From: Candidatus Tidjanibacter faecipullorum
GTDB taxonomy: Bacteria; Bacteroidota; Bacteroidia; Bacteroidales; Rikenellaceae
Reading direction: 5' to 3'
Length of the DNA stretch: 64,000 nucleotides
Assembly: GCA_019116245.1 (NCBI GenBank)
Contig: DXCC01000004.1
Coordinates: 152,950-216,949 of the forward strand
Below, piece after piece: positions 45,790 to 55,883 of the stretch. How positions within the stretch are numbered: position 1 is the first letter of the stretch; each line of letters starts with the position of its first letter. The position numbers and the translations under genes were made by a program. The notes below the pieces were generated by a model. The model did not search any database and was not told the DNA's origin. It was given only the letters and a program-made list of their open reading frames with translations.

Positions 45790-46842
45790 ATGTCCAACCC
45801 CTCAATACTTTTCAGGTAACTGTTTCTTGCCCTGTGTGGTCTGGCCACCCTATGCGCAACCGCATGCAGCAAACCGAAGACACCCGCCGCAACCATCACC
45901 ATCGTCGGCAAAACAGCCATCGAAGTCGCCGCCGACGCCCCCTCGGCAACCGTTGCCTTCAACGTCTCCGCCGCATGGACAGCCTCGGCGGAAGCGGCTT
46001 CCGAATGGCTCGCTCTGACGCCAGAGCGTGGCAAATCGGGTTCCAATACCCTGACAATCGCCCTCCTGCCCAATACGGCCGAAACGCCGCGCAGCGCCTC
46101 CATCCACATCGTCTGCGCCAACAAAACCGCTACGGTCACCCTCACCCAACTCGGCGCCCAACGGCCGGAACCCGCTACGGGAGCCACGGTCAAGGAGATA
46201 CACCTCTCCGACACCAACCATCTTCTGTTCACTACCGATGAAGCAGGACGCATCATCCGTGTTCATCAGATCCTCGGAGGCATCGATACCCCCCTGGCAG
46301 AACACTTTACGGATCTTGTCTACTCGGACGACCTGTTGACCTGCACCAACTATACGGCCGGTTCCGACGAAAAGAACGTGACTCGCCATGCGATGCAAGA
46401 GGACCGCGTAACCGAGCGCATCGAAGGAGGCAACTACCGCGACCGATTTGCCTACAACCCCGACGGCACGCTTGCAGCCTACACGTTCGGCCCCGGCAGC
46501 GAGCAGGTGATGAACTACCAATGGACGGACGGCAACCTGACGCAAATAACCCAGAATCAACAAACGGCCACCATCGAATACGGCACGGAGACCGCCGGCA
46601 TTGCCAACATTGACCTGCTCGCCTATATTTTCATGGAACTCTTACCCGAGATGTCCCGCTATCGTCTGACCGGCCTCACGTCCCGCAACCTGCCGATCGC
46701 CTGCTCGGTTCCTGGCACGGACAACAGCAAAAGGATTACGATCGCTTACGAATTCGGCGAGAACCGGGCCGTCAGCAAAATCACCATCAACAAACTTTAC
46801 GGCGACCAAGAGACCACGGCGACCGTAACGCTGGTGTACTAA
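45790..46842 (+). pseudogene. BACON-domain lipoprotein gene (YD-repeat-like C-terminal part) interrupted by one in-frame TAA (codon 10, 45817-45819)
   Basis: It reads MSNPSILFR*LFLALCGLATLCATACSKPK...TITIVGKTAIEVAADAPSATVAFNVSAAWTASAEAASEWLALTPERGKSGSNTLTIALLPNTAETPRSASIHIVCANKTATVTLTQLG (BACON). The same frame runs without a stop into track ORF 46336-46842. There is no ATG, GTG or TTG in frame between 45820 and 46335. Confidence 0.7.
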
Positions 46843-46892
46843 CCGGATTCTCCGACAGGGCCAGCCCTTTGGGGCGCGTGCGTATCAACAAA

Positions 46893-46928
46893 GCGGGGGC
46901 GGAAAATCAGTCGATTTTCCGCCCCCGC
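46893..46928. terminator. Bidirectional hairpin terminator between the convergent BACON gene and dxs
   Basis: Perfect 16-bp stem GCGGGGGCGGAAAATC-AGTC-GATTTTCCGCCCCCGC. Confidence 0.65.
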
Positions 46929-46948
46929 ACGATTTACACCGTTCCGGA

Positions 46949-48706
46949 TCAGCGCAGCAGGGCCATGACATCCTCCGCGATCTGCTCCTCGGTAAGCCGG
47001 TTCGCACGCAACAGTTCGCGGGCGTCGTAGCGGTCGGCAAACTCCTTGCGCACGCCGCGGCACACCACCCGCATCGACGTTGGCCCGTACCAGCGGGCGA
47101 TCTTCTCGCCGAAGCCGCCGTCCAGCACGCCGTCCTCGAGGGTGACCACCACCTCGTGGTCCGTCCGCAGCGGCTCCAGCAACGCCTCGTCCACCCCCGT
47201 GATGTAGCGCGGATTGACCAGCGTCGGCCGGATGCCCGTTGCCGCCTCGATGCGGCGGGCTGCCGCCTCGCCCAGGCCATAGAAGTTGCCGAGTCCCAGA
47301 ATGGCCACCCGGCTGCCGCGCTGCGTGACCAGATAACGGTTCAACGCACCATACTCCGTCTCGAAGGTGGCGCCGCTCGTCACCACGCCGCCGTCCGGCA
47401 CCCGCACGGCCACGGGATGGTCGGTCTGGCGGATGGCCCAGCCGAGCATGGCGAAATACTCCTCCCGGCAGGTCGGTGCCAGATAGACCAGATTCGGGAT
47501 GTTGGCCAGCAGGGGAATGTCGAAGAAGCCGAGATGGGTCTCGTCGTTCATGCCCAGCACGCCCCCCGCAAAGACGGCAATGACAGCCGGATTGTTGTTG
47601 ATGCAAAGATCCTGCGACAACTGGTCGTAGGTACGCTGGATGAAGGAGCTGTAAACGCCCCACACGGGACGGCCCCCTCCGGCCGCAATGCCCGACGACA
47701 GCGCCACGGCATGCTCCTCGGCAATGCCCACATCAACAAACCGGGCCCCCGCCTCACGCCGACGCTCGGGCGAGAAGCCCATCACGGCCGGCGTACCCGA
47801 CGTAATGGCCACCAGCCGCGGATCGTGCCGCATGGCATCGAGCAGAAAGCGGCCGGTCAGTTCGCTGTAGTCCTCCCCCTGGGGAGCCACCTTCGGTTCG
47901 CCCGTGGCCAGGTTGAACGGCATGCCCCAATGGAACCGCTCGCGATCCCGCTCGGCCGGAACGTATCCCTTGCCCTTCTGCGTATGGATGTGGACCACCG
48001 TAGGCCGCGGCGTATCCTTCACCTGCCGGAAGGCGGCAATCAGCGCCTCCAGGTCGTTGCCCTGCCCGACGTAGAGGTAGTCGAGCCCCAGCGCGCGGAA
48101 ATAGTTGCAGGCATCGCGTCCGCCGCTCTCGCGCAGCCTCCGCAGATTGCCGTAGAGACCGCCGTGGTTCTCGGCAATGGACATCTCGTTGTCGTTCACC
48201 ACAACAATCAGGTTGGTTCCCATCTCGCCGGCATTGCTCAGTCCCTCGAACGCCTCGCCGCCGCTCAGCGACCCGTCGCCGATCACGGCAATCACATTCT
48301 CGTGACCGCCGCGCAGATCACGCGCCTTGGCCAGTCCGCAGGCCAGGCTCACCGACGTGGAGGTATGGCCGATCGTGAAGCAGTCGTGCTCGCTCTCGGC
48401 CGGATTCGTGTAGCCCGACACCTCGTCGTAACGGGCCGGATCGAGGAAAGCCTCCGCACGCCCCGTCAGCATCTTGTGGGCATAGCTCTGATGCGAAACG
48501 TCGAAGACGATCCGGTCGTGCGGCGAATCGAACACATAGTGCAGGGCCACGGTCGCCTCGACCATACCCAGGTTGGGGCCGATGTGGCCGCCATGGGCGC
48601 TCAGCTTCTCCAGCAGCGCCTTGCGAATCTCGGCCGCGAGGGTCTCCATCTCGCCGACCGTCAGCCGCTTCACATCCTGCGGCCCGTGAATTTTCTCGAT
48701 ATACAT
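46949..48706 (-). CDS. dxs: 1-deoxy-D-xylulose-5-phosphate synthase (transketolase-like, TPP-dependent)
   Basis: Trimmed to ATG 48706 (MYIEKIHGPQDVKRL). Motifs GGHIGPNLGMVEATVALHYVF...DVSHQSYAHKMLTGR and the TPP motif IGDGSLSGGEAFEGLSNAG...VVVNDNEMSI. 585 aa. Confidence 0.75.
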   Translation of the reverse strand: MYIEKIHGPQDVKRLTVGEMETLAAEIRKALLEKLSAHGGHIGPNLGMVEATVALHYVFDSPHDRIVFDVSHQSYAHKMLTGRAEAFLDPARYDEVSGYTNPAESEHDCFTIGHTSTSVSLACGLAKARDLRGGHENVIAVIGDGSLSGGEAFEGLSNAGEMGTNLIVVVNDNEMSIAENHGGLYGNLRRLRESGGRDACNYFRALGLDYLYVGQGNDLEALIAAFRQVKDTPRPTVVHIHTQKGKGYVPAERDRERFHWGMPFNLATGEPKVAPQGEDYSELTGRFLLDAMRHDPRLVAITSGTPAVMGFSPERRREAGARFVDVGIAEEHAVALSSGIAAGGGRPVWGVYSSFIQRTYDQLSQDLCINNNPAVIAVFAGGVLGMNDETHLGFFDIPLLANIPNLVYLAPTCREEYFAMLGWAIRQTDHPVAVRVPDGGVVTSGATFETEYGALNRYLVTQRGSRVAILGLGNFYGLGEAAARRIEAATGIRPTLVNPRYITGVDEALLEPLRTDHEVVVTLEDGVLDGGFGEKIARWYGPTSMRVVCRGVRKEFADRYDARELLRANRLTEEQIAEDVMALLR

Positions 48707-48751
48707 GGTTGGTTTCTCCTGAATGAATATTCGTTTACTGCAATGCACCGG

Positions 48752-48759
48752 CAAAGATA
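48752..48759 (-). promoter_or_regulatory. Bacteroidota-type -7 promoter box (TAnnTTTG)
   Basis: Exact TATCTTTG on the minus strand, 45 nt upstream of dxs ATG 48706. Confidence 0.55.
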
Positions 48760-48879
48760 CCGCCCACCTGACCGCAGACAATAACCCCGATTACGGCGCT
48801 CCATACCCGGATTACTGCCCTTCAAACGGCAGACGGGCGGAAGCCCCGCTCCCGCCCCGTTCCAATCGCCGACGCCGGA

Positions 48880-49299
48880 TCAGTGATTGCCCGGCAGCTC
48901 GCCATTGAAGGCGGCCGCCATCTGACCAGCCATCTGGTCGAGCCCGCTCTGGAGCTTGGAGCCGATCATCATGCGCATCACCATGTTCAGTTTGGTGTGC
49001 AGCACCAGACGGATGCGCGTGTCGTATGCCTCCACCTGTTTCATCTGCACCCAGAAGGTGAACTCGAGCGGCGAACGGTCGTCGCCGGAGATCTTGATGT
49101 AGTTTTCCGGCTCCTTGTCGATGATCTGCAGCCGGACGCTCATCCCCTTGAAACGGAACGAACAACTTGTCTCATCGGCCTGCCACTCCTCCACGCGCCC
49201 CTGCACGATCGGCGTGAAATTGCGGAAATCGCTCAGTACGGCATAGATTTGCGCGGCCGGACGACGGATCTGATACTGTTTGCTTTCGTATTTTTCCAT
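48880..49299 (-). CDS. SRPBCC (START/CoxG-like) superfamily protein
   Basis: About 139 aa. The pattern YAVLSDFRNFTPIV...FRFKGMSVRLQIIDKEPENYIKISGDD resembles small SRPBCC proteins. Start placed at the first ATG (49299), because the ORF-track GTG at 49314 would overlap the NUDIX promoter box. Confidence 0.45.
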   Translation of the reverse strand: MEKYESKQYQIRRPAAQIYAVLSDFRNFTPIVQGRVEEWQADETSCSFRFKGMSVRLQIIDKEPENYIKISGDDRSPLEFTFWVQMKQVEAYDTRIRLVLHTKLNMVMRMMIGSKLQSGLDQMAGQMAAAFNGELPGNH

Positions 49300-49303
49300 A
49301 CTA

Positions 49304-49311
49304 TAAATTTG
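49304..49311 (+). promoter_or_regulatory. Bacteroidota-type -7 promoter box (TAnnTTTG)
   Basis: Exact TAAATTTG, 46 nt upstream of the NUDIX ATG at 49358. Confidence 0.5.
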
Positions 49312-49357
49312 CACGATTGCGCTCGAATGCCTTATTTTGTACCTTGATTATCAAGTC

Positions 49358-49960
49358 ATGCAGACAGTCTGGTACGAAAATAAGGCGCTGGTGTTCGCCT
49401 CCGCGGACCCCGCATCCGACACGCCGAGCCTGCACATCGGTTCGGGCAGGGAGTTGAACCCTGCAAAGTTGCTCCAAAAATTCGATAATCGCAACACGCT
49501 CTACGTCGTCAGCGACGATCCCGCACGCACGCTCGAGGAGTTCTGCGACACGTTCCGCCGGGTGGAAGCCGCCGGAGGCGTCGTCGAGAACCGGGACGGC
49601 GAGGTGCTGATGATGATGCGCCGCGGCTGGTGGGACCTGCCCAAGGGCCATGTCGAGCCGGGCGAAAGCCATCCGCAGACCGCCCTGCGCGAGGTGGAGG
49701 AGGAGACCGGCCTGCACGGCGTGCGGCTGGGCGAACCGCTGGGCACCACGCAGCACTTCTACCGGATGCACGGCCGCTGGGAGATGAAACGCACCTGGTG
49801 GTACGCCATGCGCTACGACGGCCAGGCGCCCCCCGTGCCACAGACCGAGGAGGACATTACCGCCATCCACTGGCTGCGCGGCGAGGAGTTGTGGCGGGCG
49901 GTGGCCGCCAGCTACGGCACGATCCGCGAGGTATTCGACGCCTACGTGCGTACCAAATAA
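49358..49960 (+). CDS. NUDIX hydrolase
   Basis: Nudix box GHVEPGESHPQTALREVEEETGL. Start placed at ATG 49358; the ORF-track start at 49337 is TTG. Confidence 0.85.
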   Translation: MQTVWYENKALVFASADPASDTPSLHIGSGRELNPAKLLQKFDNRNTLYVVSDDPARTLEEFCDTFRRVEAAGGVVENRDGEVLMMMRRGWWDLPKGHVEPGESHPQTALREVEEETGLHGVRLGEPLGTTQHFYRMHGRWEMKRTWWYAMRYDGQAPPVPQTEEDITAIHWLRGEELWRAVAASYGTIREVFDAYVRTK

Positions 49961-50003
49961 TCCTTTCGACACGACAACAATCTCATAAACAATCAACAGC
50001 AAC

Positions 50004-52145
50004 ATGAATTTCAGAACGAAGACAATCGCGTTACTTATGGCAGCAGCGGTAACAGCATCGTGTTCGGGTGACGGCGGCCGCAAAGGCAGCGAGCCGCTGG
50101 TCATCGACAACAGCCTCACCGAAGAGGAGATCGCCGCAGGCATCCTCACGCCCGAGGTGTTGTGGAAAATGGGCCGTCTGGGCGAAAGCACCCTCTCGCC
50201 CGACGGCAAGACCGTATTGTACAGCGTGACGTGGTACAACATGACCGAGAACCGCGGTGTCACCAACCTCTTCACGGTTCCCTCGGCCGGCGGCGAGGCC
50301 ACCCAGCTGACCGACAACGGCGGCAGCGACTTCGCCCCCGCATGGAGCGCCGACGGCAAGACCATCTACTTCCTGAGCGACCGCAGCGGCGACAACCAGC
50401 TCTGGGCCATGAACGCCGACGGCAGCAAGATGCGCCAGCTCTCGCACATCGAAGGCGGCCTGGAAGGCTTCGGCGTCGCTCCTACGGGCGACCGCTTCTT
50501 CTACGTGCAGAGCGTCCACGCGGCCGACACGCAGGGCAAGGACATCTACCCCGACATGGACAAATCGGGCGTGCTGATCTACAGCGACCTAATGGCCCGC
50601 CACTGGAACTACTGGGACCGCGGCTCCTACCGCCATATTTTCGTGGGTGACCTGACCGCCAAGGAGGCCAAGACCGGTACGGACATCATGGCCGGCGAAG
50701 CCTGGGATGCCCCGATGGCCCCCTACTTCGACATGAGCGAAATCGTGTGGAACAATGCGGGTACGCAGATCGCCTACACGAGCAAGAAGCTGACCGGCAC
50801 GGAGTATGCCACCACGACCGACTCGGACATCTACGTCTATGACGTGACCACGGGCCAGACCATCAACATCAACAAGGCCGGCACCCCCAATGACCCGCGT
50901 CTGCGGATCGCGCCCGCCTTCCCCGGCTACGACAAATACCCCGTCTTCTCGCCGGACGACCGCTACATCGCCTTCCAGAGCATGCGCCGCGGCGGCAACG
51001 AGGCCGACAAGACCCGCCTGTTCGTATGGGACAGCACGAACGGTTCGTTCCGCGACCTGACCGAAGCGTTCGACTACAACACCTCAAACGTGGTGTGGAG
51101 CAGCAACGAGGAGATCATGTTCATCGCCCCGATGAACGGTACGCACCAGATCTGCACCGTCACCCTGGCCGAAGAGCCGCAGGTGAAGGTCTGCACCAAG
51201 GGCGACCACGACATCACCCGCTTCTCCTACGAACAGGGCGTCTGCGTGGCTGAAATCACCACCCAGCGTCAGGCCGCCGAGCTCTTCCGCGTGAACGGCA
51301 GCCAGCTCATCCAGCTCACCTTCGTGAACAAGGATATCTATGACCACATCACCATGGGCGAAGTACAGAAACGCTGGATCCAGACCACCGACGGCAAACA
51401 GATGCTGACGTGGGTGATCCTGCCCCCGAACTTCGATCCGAACAAGAAATACCCGACCCTGCTCTACTGCGAAGGCGGTCCCCAGAGCGTCATCAGCCAG
51501 ATGTGGAGCTACCGCTGGAACTTCCAGCTGATGGCCGCCCAGGGCTACGTGATCGTCGCCCCGAACCGTCGCGGCACGGTATCGTTCGGTCAGGAGTGGA
51601 CCGACCAGATCTCGGGCGACTACAGCGGCCAGAACATCCAGGACTACCTGGTGGCCATCGACGAGGTCTCCAAGGAGCCGTGGGTTGACAAGGACCACCG
51701 CGGCTGCGTGGGCGCAAGCTACGGCGGCTACTCGGTCTACTACCTCGCCGGCGTACACGAGGGCCGTTTCAAAGCCTTCATCTCGCACTGCGGCATCTAC
51801 GACTTCGACAGCATGTTCGGCTCGACGGAGGAACTCTTCTTCGTGAACCACGAGTACGGCGGCCCCTACTGGGACAAGACCAATGCAACGGCACAGCGCT
51901 CCTACGCCAACTCGCCGCACAAACTGGCCCAGAACTGGGATACCCCGATCATGATCATCACCGGTCTGAAGGACTACCGCATCCCCTACACGCAGAGCCT
52001 CGAGGCCTTCACGGCCGCCCGCCTGCAGGGCATTCCGGCCCGCCTGGTCGCCTTCGAAGAGGAGGGACACCAGGTCTTCCAGCCCCAGAACTCGATGGTA
52101 TGGAACCGCGAATTCTTCGGTTGGCTCGACAAATACCTGAAATAG
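50004..52145 (+). CDS. S9-family serine peptidase (prolyl oligopeptidase / acylaminoacyl-peptidase type) lipoprotein
   Basis: Lipobox VTASC, an N-terminal beta-propeller-like region, a catalytic GASYGGYSV (GxSxGG) motif and a C-terminal alpha/beta hydrolase fold. 713 aa. Confidence 0.85.
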   Translation: MNFRTKTIALLMAAAVTASCSGDGGRKGSEPLVIDNSLTEEEIAAGILTPEVLWKMGRLGESTLSPDGKTVLYSVTWYNMTENRGVTNLFTVPSAGGEATQLTDNGGSDFAPAWSADGKTIYFLSDRSGDNQLWAMNADGSKMRQLSHIEGGLEGFGVAPTGDRFFYVQSVHAADTQGKDIYPDMDKSGVLIYSDLMARHWNYWDRGSYRHIFVGDLTAKEAKTGTDIMAGEAWDAPMAPYFDMSEIVWNNAGTQIAYTSKKLTGTEYATTTDSDIYVYDVTTGQTININKAGTPNDPRLRIAPAFPGYDKYPVFSPDDRYIAFQSMRRGGNEADKTRLFVWDSTNGSFRDLTEAFDYNTSNVVWSSNEEIMFIAPMNGTHQICTVTLAEEPQVKVCTKGDHDITRFSYEQGVCVAEITTQRQAAELFRVNGSQLIQLTFVNKDIYDHITMGEVQKRWIQTTDGKQMLTWVILPPNFDPNKKYPTLLYCEGGPQSVISQMWSYRWNFQLMAAQGYVIVAPNRRGTVSFGQEWTDQISGDYSGQNIQDYLVAIDEVSKEPWVDKDHRGCVGASYGGYSVYYLAGVHEGRFKAFISHCGIYDFDSMFGSTEELFFVNHEYGGPYWDKTNATAQRSYANSPHKLAQNWDTPIMIITGLKDYRIPYTQSLEAFTAARLQGIPARLVAFEEEGHQVFQPQNSMVWNREFFGWLDKYLK

Positions 52146-52171
52146 GCGGACAACCGTCCACCGACTGCTCC

Positions 52172-52216
52172 GGAAGGAGGAACGCCCCGCAACGGGGACG
52201 TTCCTCCTTCCTTTTT
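52172..52216 (+). terminator. Rho-independent terminator downstream of the S9 peptidase
   Basis: Long stem GGAAGGAGGAACGCCCCG-CAA-CGGGGACGTTCCTCCTTCC (one bulged A) followed by TTTTT. Confidence 0.8.
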
Positions 52217-52285
52217 CCGGACCGGCGGAAGGGGCTGCCCACCGCGCGAAAACGCGCCGCATTAGGGGGCTTCGGGAAAAATTCC

Positions 52286-52293
52286 TACCTTTG
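52286..52293 (+). promoter_or_regulatory. Bacteroidota-type -7 promoter box (TAnnTTTG)
   Basis: Exact TACCTTTG, 54 nt upstream of the prfA ATG at 52348. Confidence 0.55.
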
Positions 52294-52347
52294 CAGCGCG
52301 GCGGCTCCGCACAGGACTTTTTCCGCCTCCGCTACCGAACAACATTT

Positions 52348-53433
52348 ATGGCAGACAACAGCATACTCAACAGACTCGACGGTCTGAAAATCAAATTCGA
52401 GGAGATCGGCCAGCAGATCACCGACCCCGAAGTGATCGCCGACATCAAGAAATTCGTCCAGCTCAACAAGGAATACAAGGAGCTGGAACCGATCGTGGAA
52501 ACGAGCGACCGCTACCGCACGGCCATCAACAACCTGCGGGAGGCCAAGGATATTCTGGCCAACGAGAAGGACGACGACCTGCGCGAAATGGCCCGCGAGG
52601 AGGTGGCCGAACTCGAACCGGCCATTGCCCGCATGGAGGAGGAGATCAAACTGCTGCTCATCCCCAAGGATCCGCAGGACGAAAAGAACGCCATCGTCGA
52701 GATCCGCGGCGGCACGGGCGGCGACGAGGCAGCCCTCTTCGCCGGCGACCTGCTGCGCATGTACACCAAGTATGTGGAGAGCAAGGGCTGGCGCTACGAG
52801 ATCAACAGCGCATCGGAAGGCGCCGCCGGCGGCTACAAGGAGGTGGTGATGAAGGTGACGGGCGACAACGTGTACGGCACGCTGAAATACGAGTCGGGCG
52901 TACACCGCGTCCAGCGCGTACCGCAGACCGAGACCCAGGGCCGCGTCCACACGTCGGCCGCTTCGGTGGCCGTGCTGCCCGAAGCCGAGGAGTTCGACAT
53001 CGACCTGAACATGAACGATATCCGCAAGGATACCTTCTGTTCGTCGGGCCCGGGCGGCCAGTCGGTGAACACGACCTACTCGGCCATCCGACTGACCCAC
53101 ATTCCCACGGGCATCGTCGTACAGTGCCAGGACCAGAAGTCGCAGCTCAAGAACTTCGACAAGGCTCTCGAGGAGCTGCGCACGCGTATCTTCAACCTGG
53201 AATACCAGAAATACCTGGACGAGATCGCCAGCAAGCGCAAGACGATGGTCTCCACGGGTGACCGCAGTGCCAAGATCCGCACCTACAACTACCCGCAGGG
53301 TCGCGTGACGGACCACCGCATCAACTACACGATCTACAACCTGTCGGCCTTCATGGACGGCGACATTCAGGATGTGATCGACCACCTGATCGTGGCCGAA
53401 AACGCCGAGCGCCTCAAGGAGAGCGAGCTGTAG
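52348..53433 (+). CDS. prfA: Peptide chain release factor 1
   Basis: Trimmed to ATG 52348 (MADNSILNRLDGL). GGQ motif (GPGGQSVNT) and an RVQRVPQTETQGRVHTS codon-recognition region. Confidence 0.95.
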   Translation: MADNSILNRLDGLKIKFEEIGQQITDPEVIADIKKFVQLNKEYKELEPIVETSDRYRTAINNLREAKDILANEKDDDLREMAREEVAELEPAIARMEEEIKLLLIPKDPQDEKNAIVEIRGGTGGDEAALFAGDLLRMYTKYVESKGWRYEINSASEGAAGGYKEVVMKVTGDNVYGTLKYESGVHRVQRVPQTETQGRVHTSAASVAVLPEAEEFDIDLNMNDIRKDTFCSSGPGGQSVNTTYSAIRLTHIPTGIVVQCQDQKSQLKNFDKALEELRTRIFNLEYQKYLDEIASKRKTMVSTGDRSAKIRTYNYPQGRVTDHRINYTIYNLSAFMDGDIQDVIDHLIVAENAERLKESEL

Positions 53434-53641
53434 TCCGCCCCGACACCCCCGGATACCAAACGACGGCTTTCTGCGTTTATGCGGCAGGAAGCCGTCGCCG
53501 TTTGCGGACGGCCGGCCCCGGAAGATCGCACCGGAGCCGTTGCTTATTCCGAAAAACATCCGTAACTTGCATAAAGGCGACCGCTACGGCCCCTGCGCAC
53601 CGCCGCAACCGGCCCGCCGAACCGAACCCAATACGACACCG

Positions 53642-55822
53642 ATGGAAACTACCGATAACGCACGCTACGACGACTTCTTCACGCTGGTCGCCCAATCCTT
53701 CAATCCCGACAGCCAGGCCGCCATCCGGCGCGCCTTCGAGCGGGCCCGCACCGCCCTGGCGGGCATGACCCGCTACGACGGAACCCCGCTCTTCGACCAC
53801 TCCGTACGAACGGCCCGGATCGTCATTTCGGAAATCGGACTGGGACGCAACTCGACCATCTCCACCCTGCTCCACGACGTGGCCCGGCTGGGGCTGATCG
53901 ACGAGGAGGAGATCGCCCGCGACTACGGCCCCATCCCCGTCTCGATTCTCGAAGGCATGAACCTCATCTCGAAGGTTCACACCAAGGTCTCCATGCAGCA
54001 GGCCGACAACTTCCGCGACCTGATCGTCTCCTATGCCACCGATCCGCGCATCATTCTCATCAAGCTGGCCGACCGGCTGGAGGTGATGCGTTCGCTGGCC
54101 ATGTTCCCCAAGGAGAAGCAACTCAAGAAGAGCTGGGAGAGCATGAACCTCTACGCCCAGATCGCCCACAAGCTCGGCCTCTACTCCATCAAGAGCGAAC
54201 TGGAGGACATTGCCCTGAGCTACCTCGAGCCGCAGGACTACGCCTACATCAGCCGCCGGCTGGCCGAAAGCGCCAGCAGCCGCGACCGCTTCATCGCCGA
54301 CTTCACCGCCCCCATCGAGGAGAAGCTCAAGGCCCAGGGCATCAAATACCACATCAAGGGACGCACCAAGTCGATCTACTCGATCTGGCGCAAGATGAAA
54401 CGCACGGGGGTCTCGTTCGACGAGGTGTATGACATCTTTGCCATCCGCATCATCGCCGACTGTCCGCCCGAAAACGAGAAGCAGCTCTGCTGGAACATCT
54501 ACTCGATCGTCACCGACTTCTACACCCCCAACCCCGAGCGCATGCGCGACTGGATCTCCATCCCCAAATCGAACGGCTACGAATCGCTCCACACGACCGT
54601 GGTGACCAAGGAGGGACGCTGGGTCGAGATTCAGATCCGCACCGAACGCATGGACGAGGTGGCCGAACGGGGCATCGCCGCCCACTGGCGCTACAAGGGG
54701 GTTCACGGCGGGGCCAGCCGCAACGAGGAGTGGCTCGCCCGGCTGCGCGACATCATGGAGGAGACCACCAACAAGACCCAGATCGCCAACCGGATCGACA
54801 CGAACGCCTCGCAGGACGAAATCTTCGTCTTCACCCCGACGGGCGACCTGCGCAAACTGCCCCAGGGAGCCACCGTACTGGATTTTGCCTTCGGCATCCA
54901 CTCCGAGGTGGGCGCCACCTGCACGGGCGCGCGCATCGGCGGCCGCAACGTGCCGCTCAAGGAGAAGCTCCACAACGGCGACATCGTCACGGTGCTGACC
55001 GCCAAGGCCCAGAAGCCGAAACCCGACTGGCTGGGCTACGTCTCCACCCCCAAGGCCCGCAACAAGATCCGTTCGCTGCTCCGCGAGGAGGAAGCCAAGG
55101 CCGCCCACCTCGGCCGCGAGGAGCTGGAGCGCAAGCTGCGCAACTGGCGCCTCAACGTGCCGATCGACGACGCCGTGGCCGTACTGATCCGCTACTACAA
55201 ACTGCACACGGGCACCGAACTCTATGCCGCCATCGCCAAGGGCGAGATCGACATTGCCGACACCAAGGAACTCATCGCCCGCCACTTGAGCGGCGAACTC
55301 TTCGAGCCCAAGACCCGTCCCGCCTCGACGGCCGCCAAAAGCCACGCCGAACGCAGCGAGGACGCGCTGGTAATCGACGAAACCATCCGGGGCATCGACT
55401 ACAAGCTGGCCAAATGCTGCAACCCGATCTTCGGCGACGACATTTTCGCCTTCACAACCGTCTCGTCGGGCATCACCATTCACCGCAGCGACTGCCCCAA
55501 TGCCCTGCGGCTGAAAGAGATGTACCCCTACCGCGTGCTCGAGGCGCGCTGGCGGGACGATTCGCGGCCGGGCACCTTCCTCGCCTCCATCCGCCTCGTG
55601 GCGGAGGACGTGACGGGCATTGTGAACCGCATCACCGAAACCATCACCGGCGAACTGAAGATCAACATCCGCTCCATGAACCTCAGCCCCATGCGCGAAG
55701 GACGCATCGGCGGCGTGATCAACATCGAGGTGACCAACACGTCGATCATCGACATGGTGGCCGCCAACCTGATGAAAATCAAGGGAGTCGAGAAGGCTTA
55801 CCGCATCACCGGCCAGGTCTGA
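53642..55822 (+). CDS. relA: Bifunctional (p)ppGpp synthetase/hydrolase (RelA/SpoT homolog)
   Basis: Trimmed to ATG 53642 (METTDNARYDD). HD domain (HSVRTARI...LLHDV), synthetase motif RTKSIYSIWRKM, and TGS plus C-terminal ACT-like domains. 726 aa. Confidence 0.92.
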   Translation: METTDNARYDDFFTLVAQSFNPDSQAAIRRAFERARTALAGMTRYDGTPLFDHSVRTARIVISEIGLGRNSTISTLLHDVARLGLIDEEEIARDYGPIPVSILEGMNLISKVHTKVSMQQADNFRDLIVSYATDPRIILIKLADRLEVMRSLAMFPKEKQLKKSWESMNLYAQIAHKLGLYSIKSELEDIALSYLEPQDYAYISRRLAESASSRDRFIADFTAPIEEKLKAQGIKYHIKGRTKSIYSIWRKMKRTGVSFDEVYDIFAIRIIADCPPENEKQLCWNIYSIVTDFYTPNPERMRDWISIPKSNGYESLHTTVVTKEGRWVEIQIRTERMDEVAERGIAAHWRYKGVHGGASRNEEWLARLRDIMEETTNKTQIANRIDTNASQDEIFVFTPTGDLRKLPQGATVLDFAFGIHSEVGATCTGARIGGRNVPLKEKLHNGDIVTVLTAKAQKPKPDWLGYVSTPKARNKIRSLLREEEAKAAHLGREELERKLRNWRLNVPIDDAVAVLIRYYKLHTGTELYAAIAKGEIDIADTKELIARHLSGELFEPKTRPASTAAKSHAERSEDALVIDETIRGIDYKLAKCCNPIFGDDIFAFTTVSSGITIHRSDCPNALRLKEMYPYRVLEARWRDDSRPGTFLASIRLVAEDVTGIVNRITETITGELKINIRSMNLSPMREGRIGGVINIEVTNTSIIDMVAANLMKIKGVEKAYRITGQV

Positions 55823-55875
55823 CCCCCAGGACGACTTTTCCCCTGCACAAAGGGCCGGAATCCGAATGAATTTCG

Positions 55876-55883
55876 TACCTTTG
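55876..55883 (+). promoter_or_regulatory. Bacteroidota-type -7 promoter box (TAnnTTTG)
   Basis: Exact TACCTTTG, 110 nt upstream of the glmS ATG (a long leader). Confidence 0.45.
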
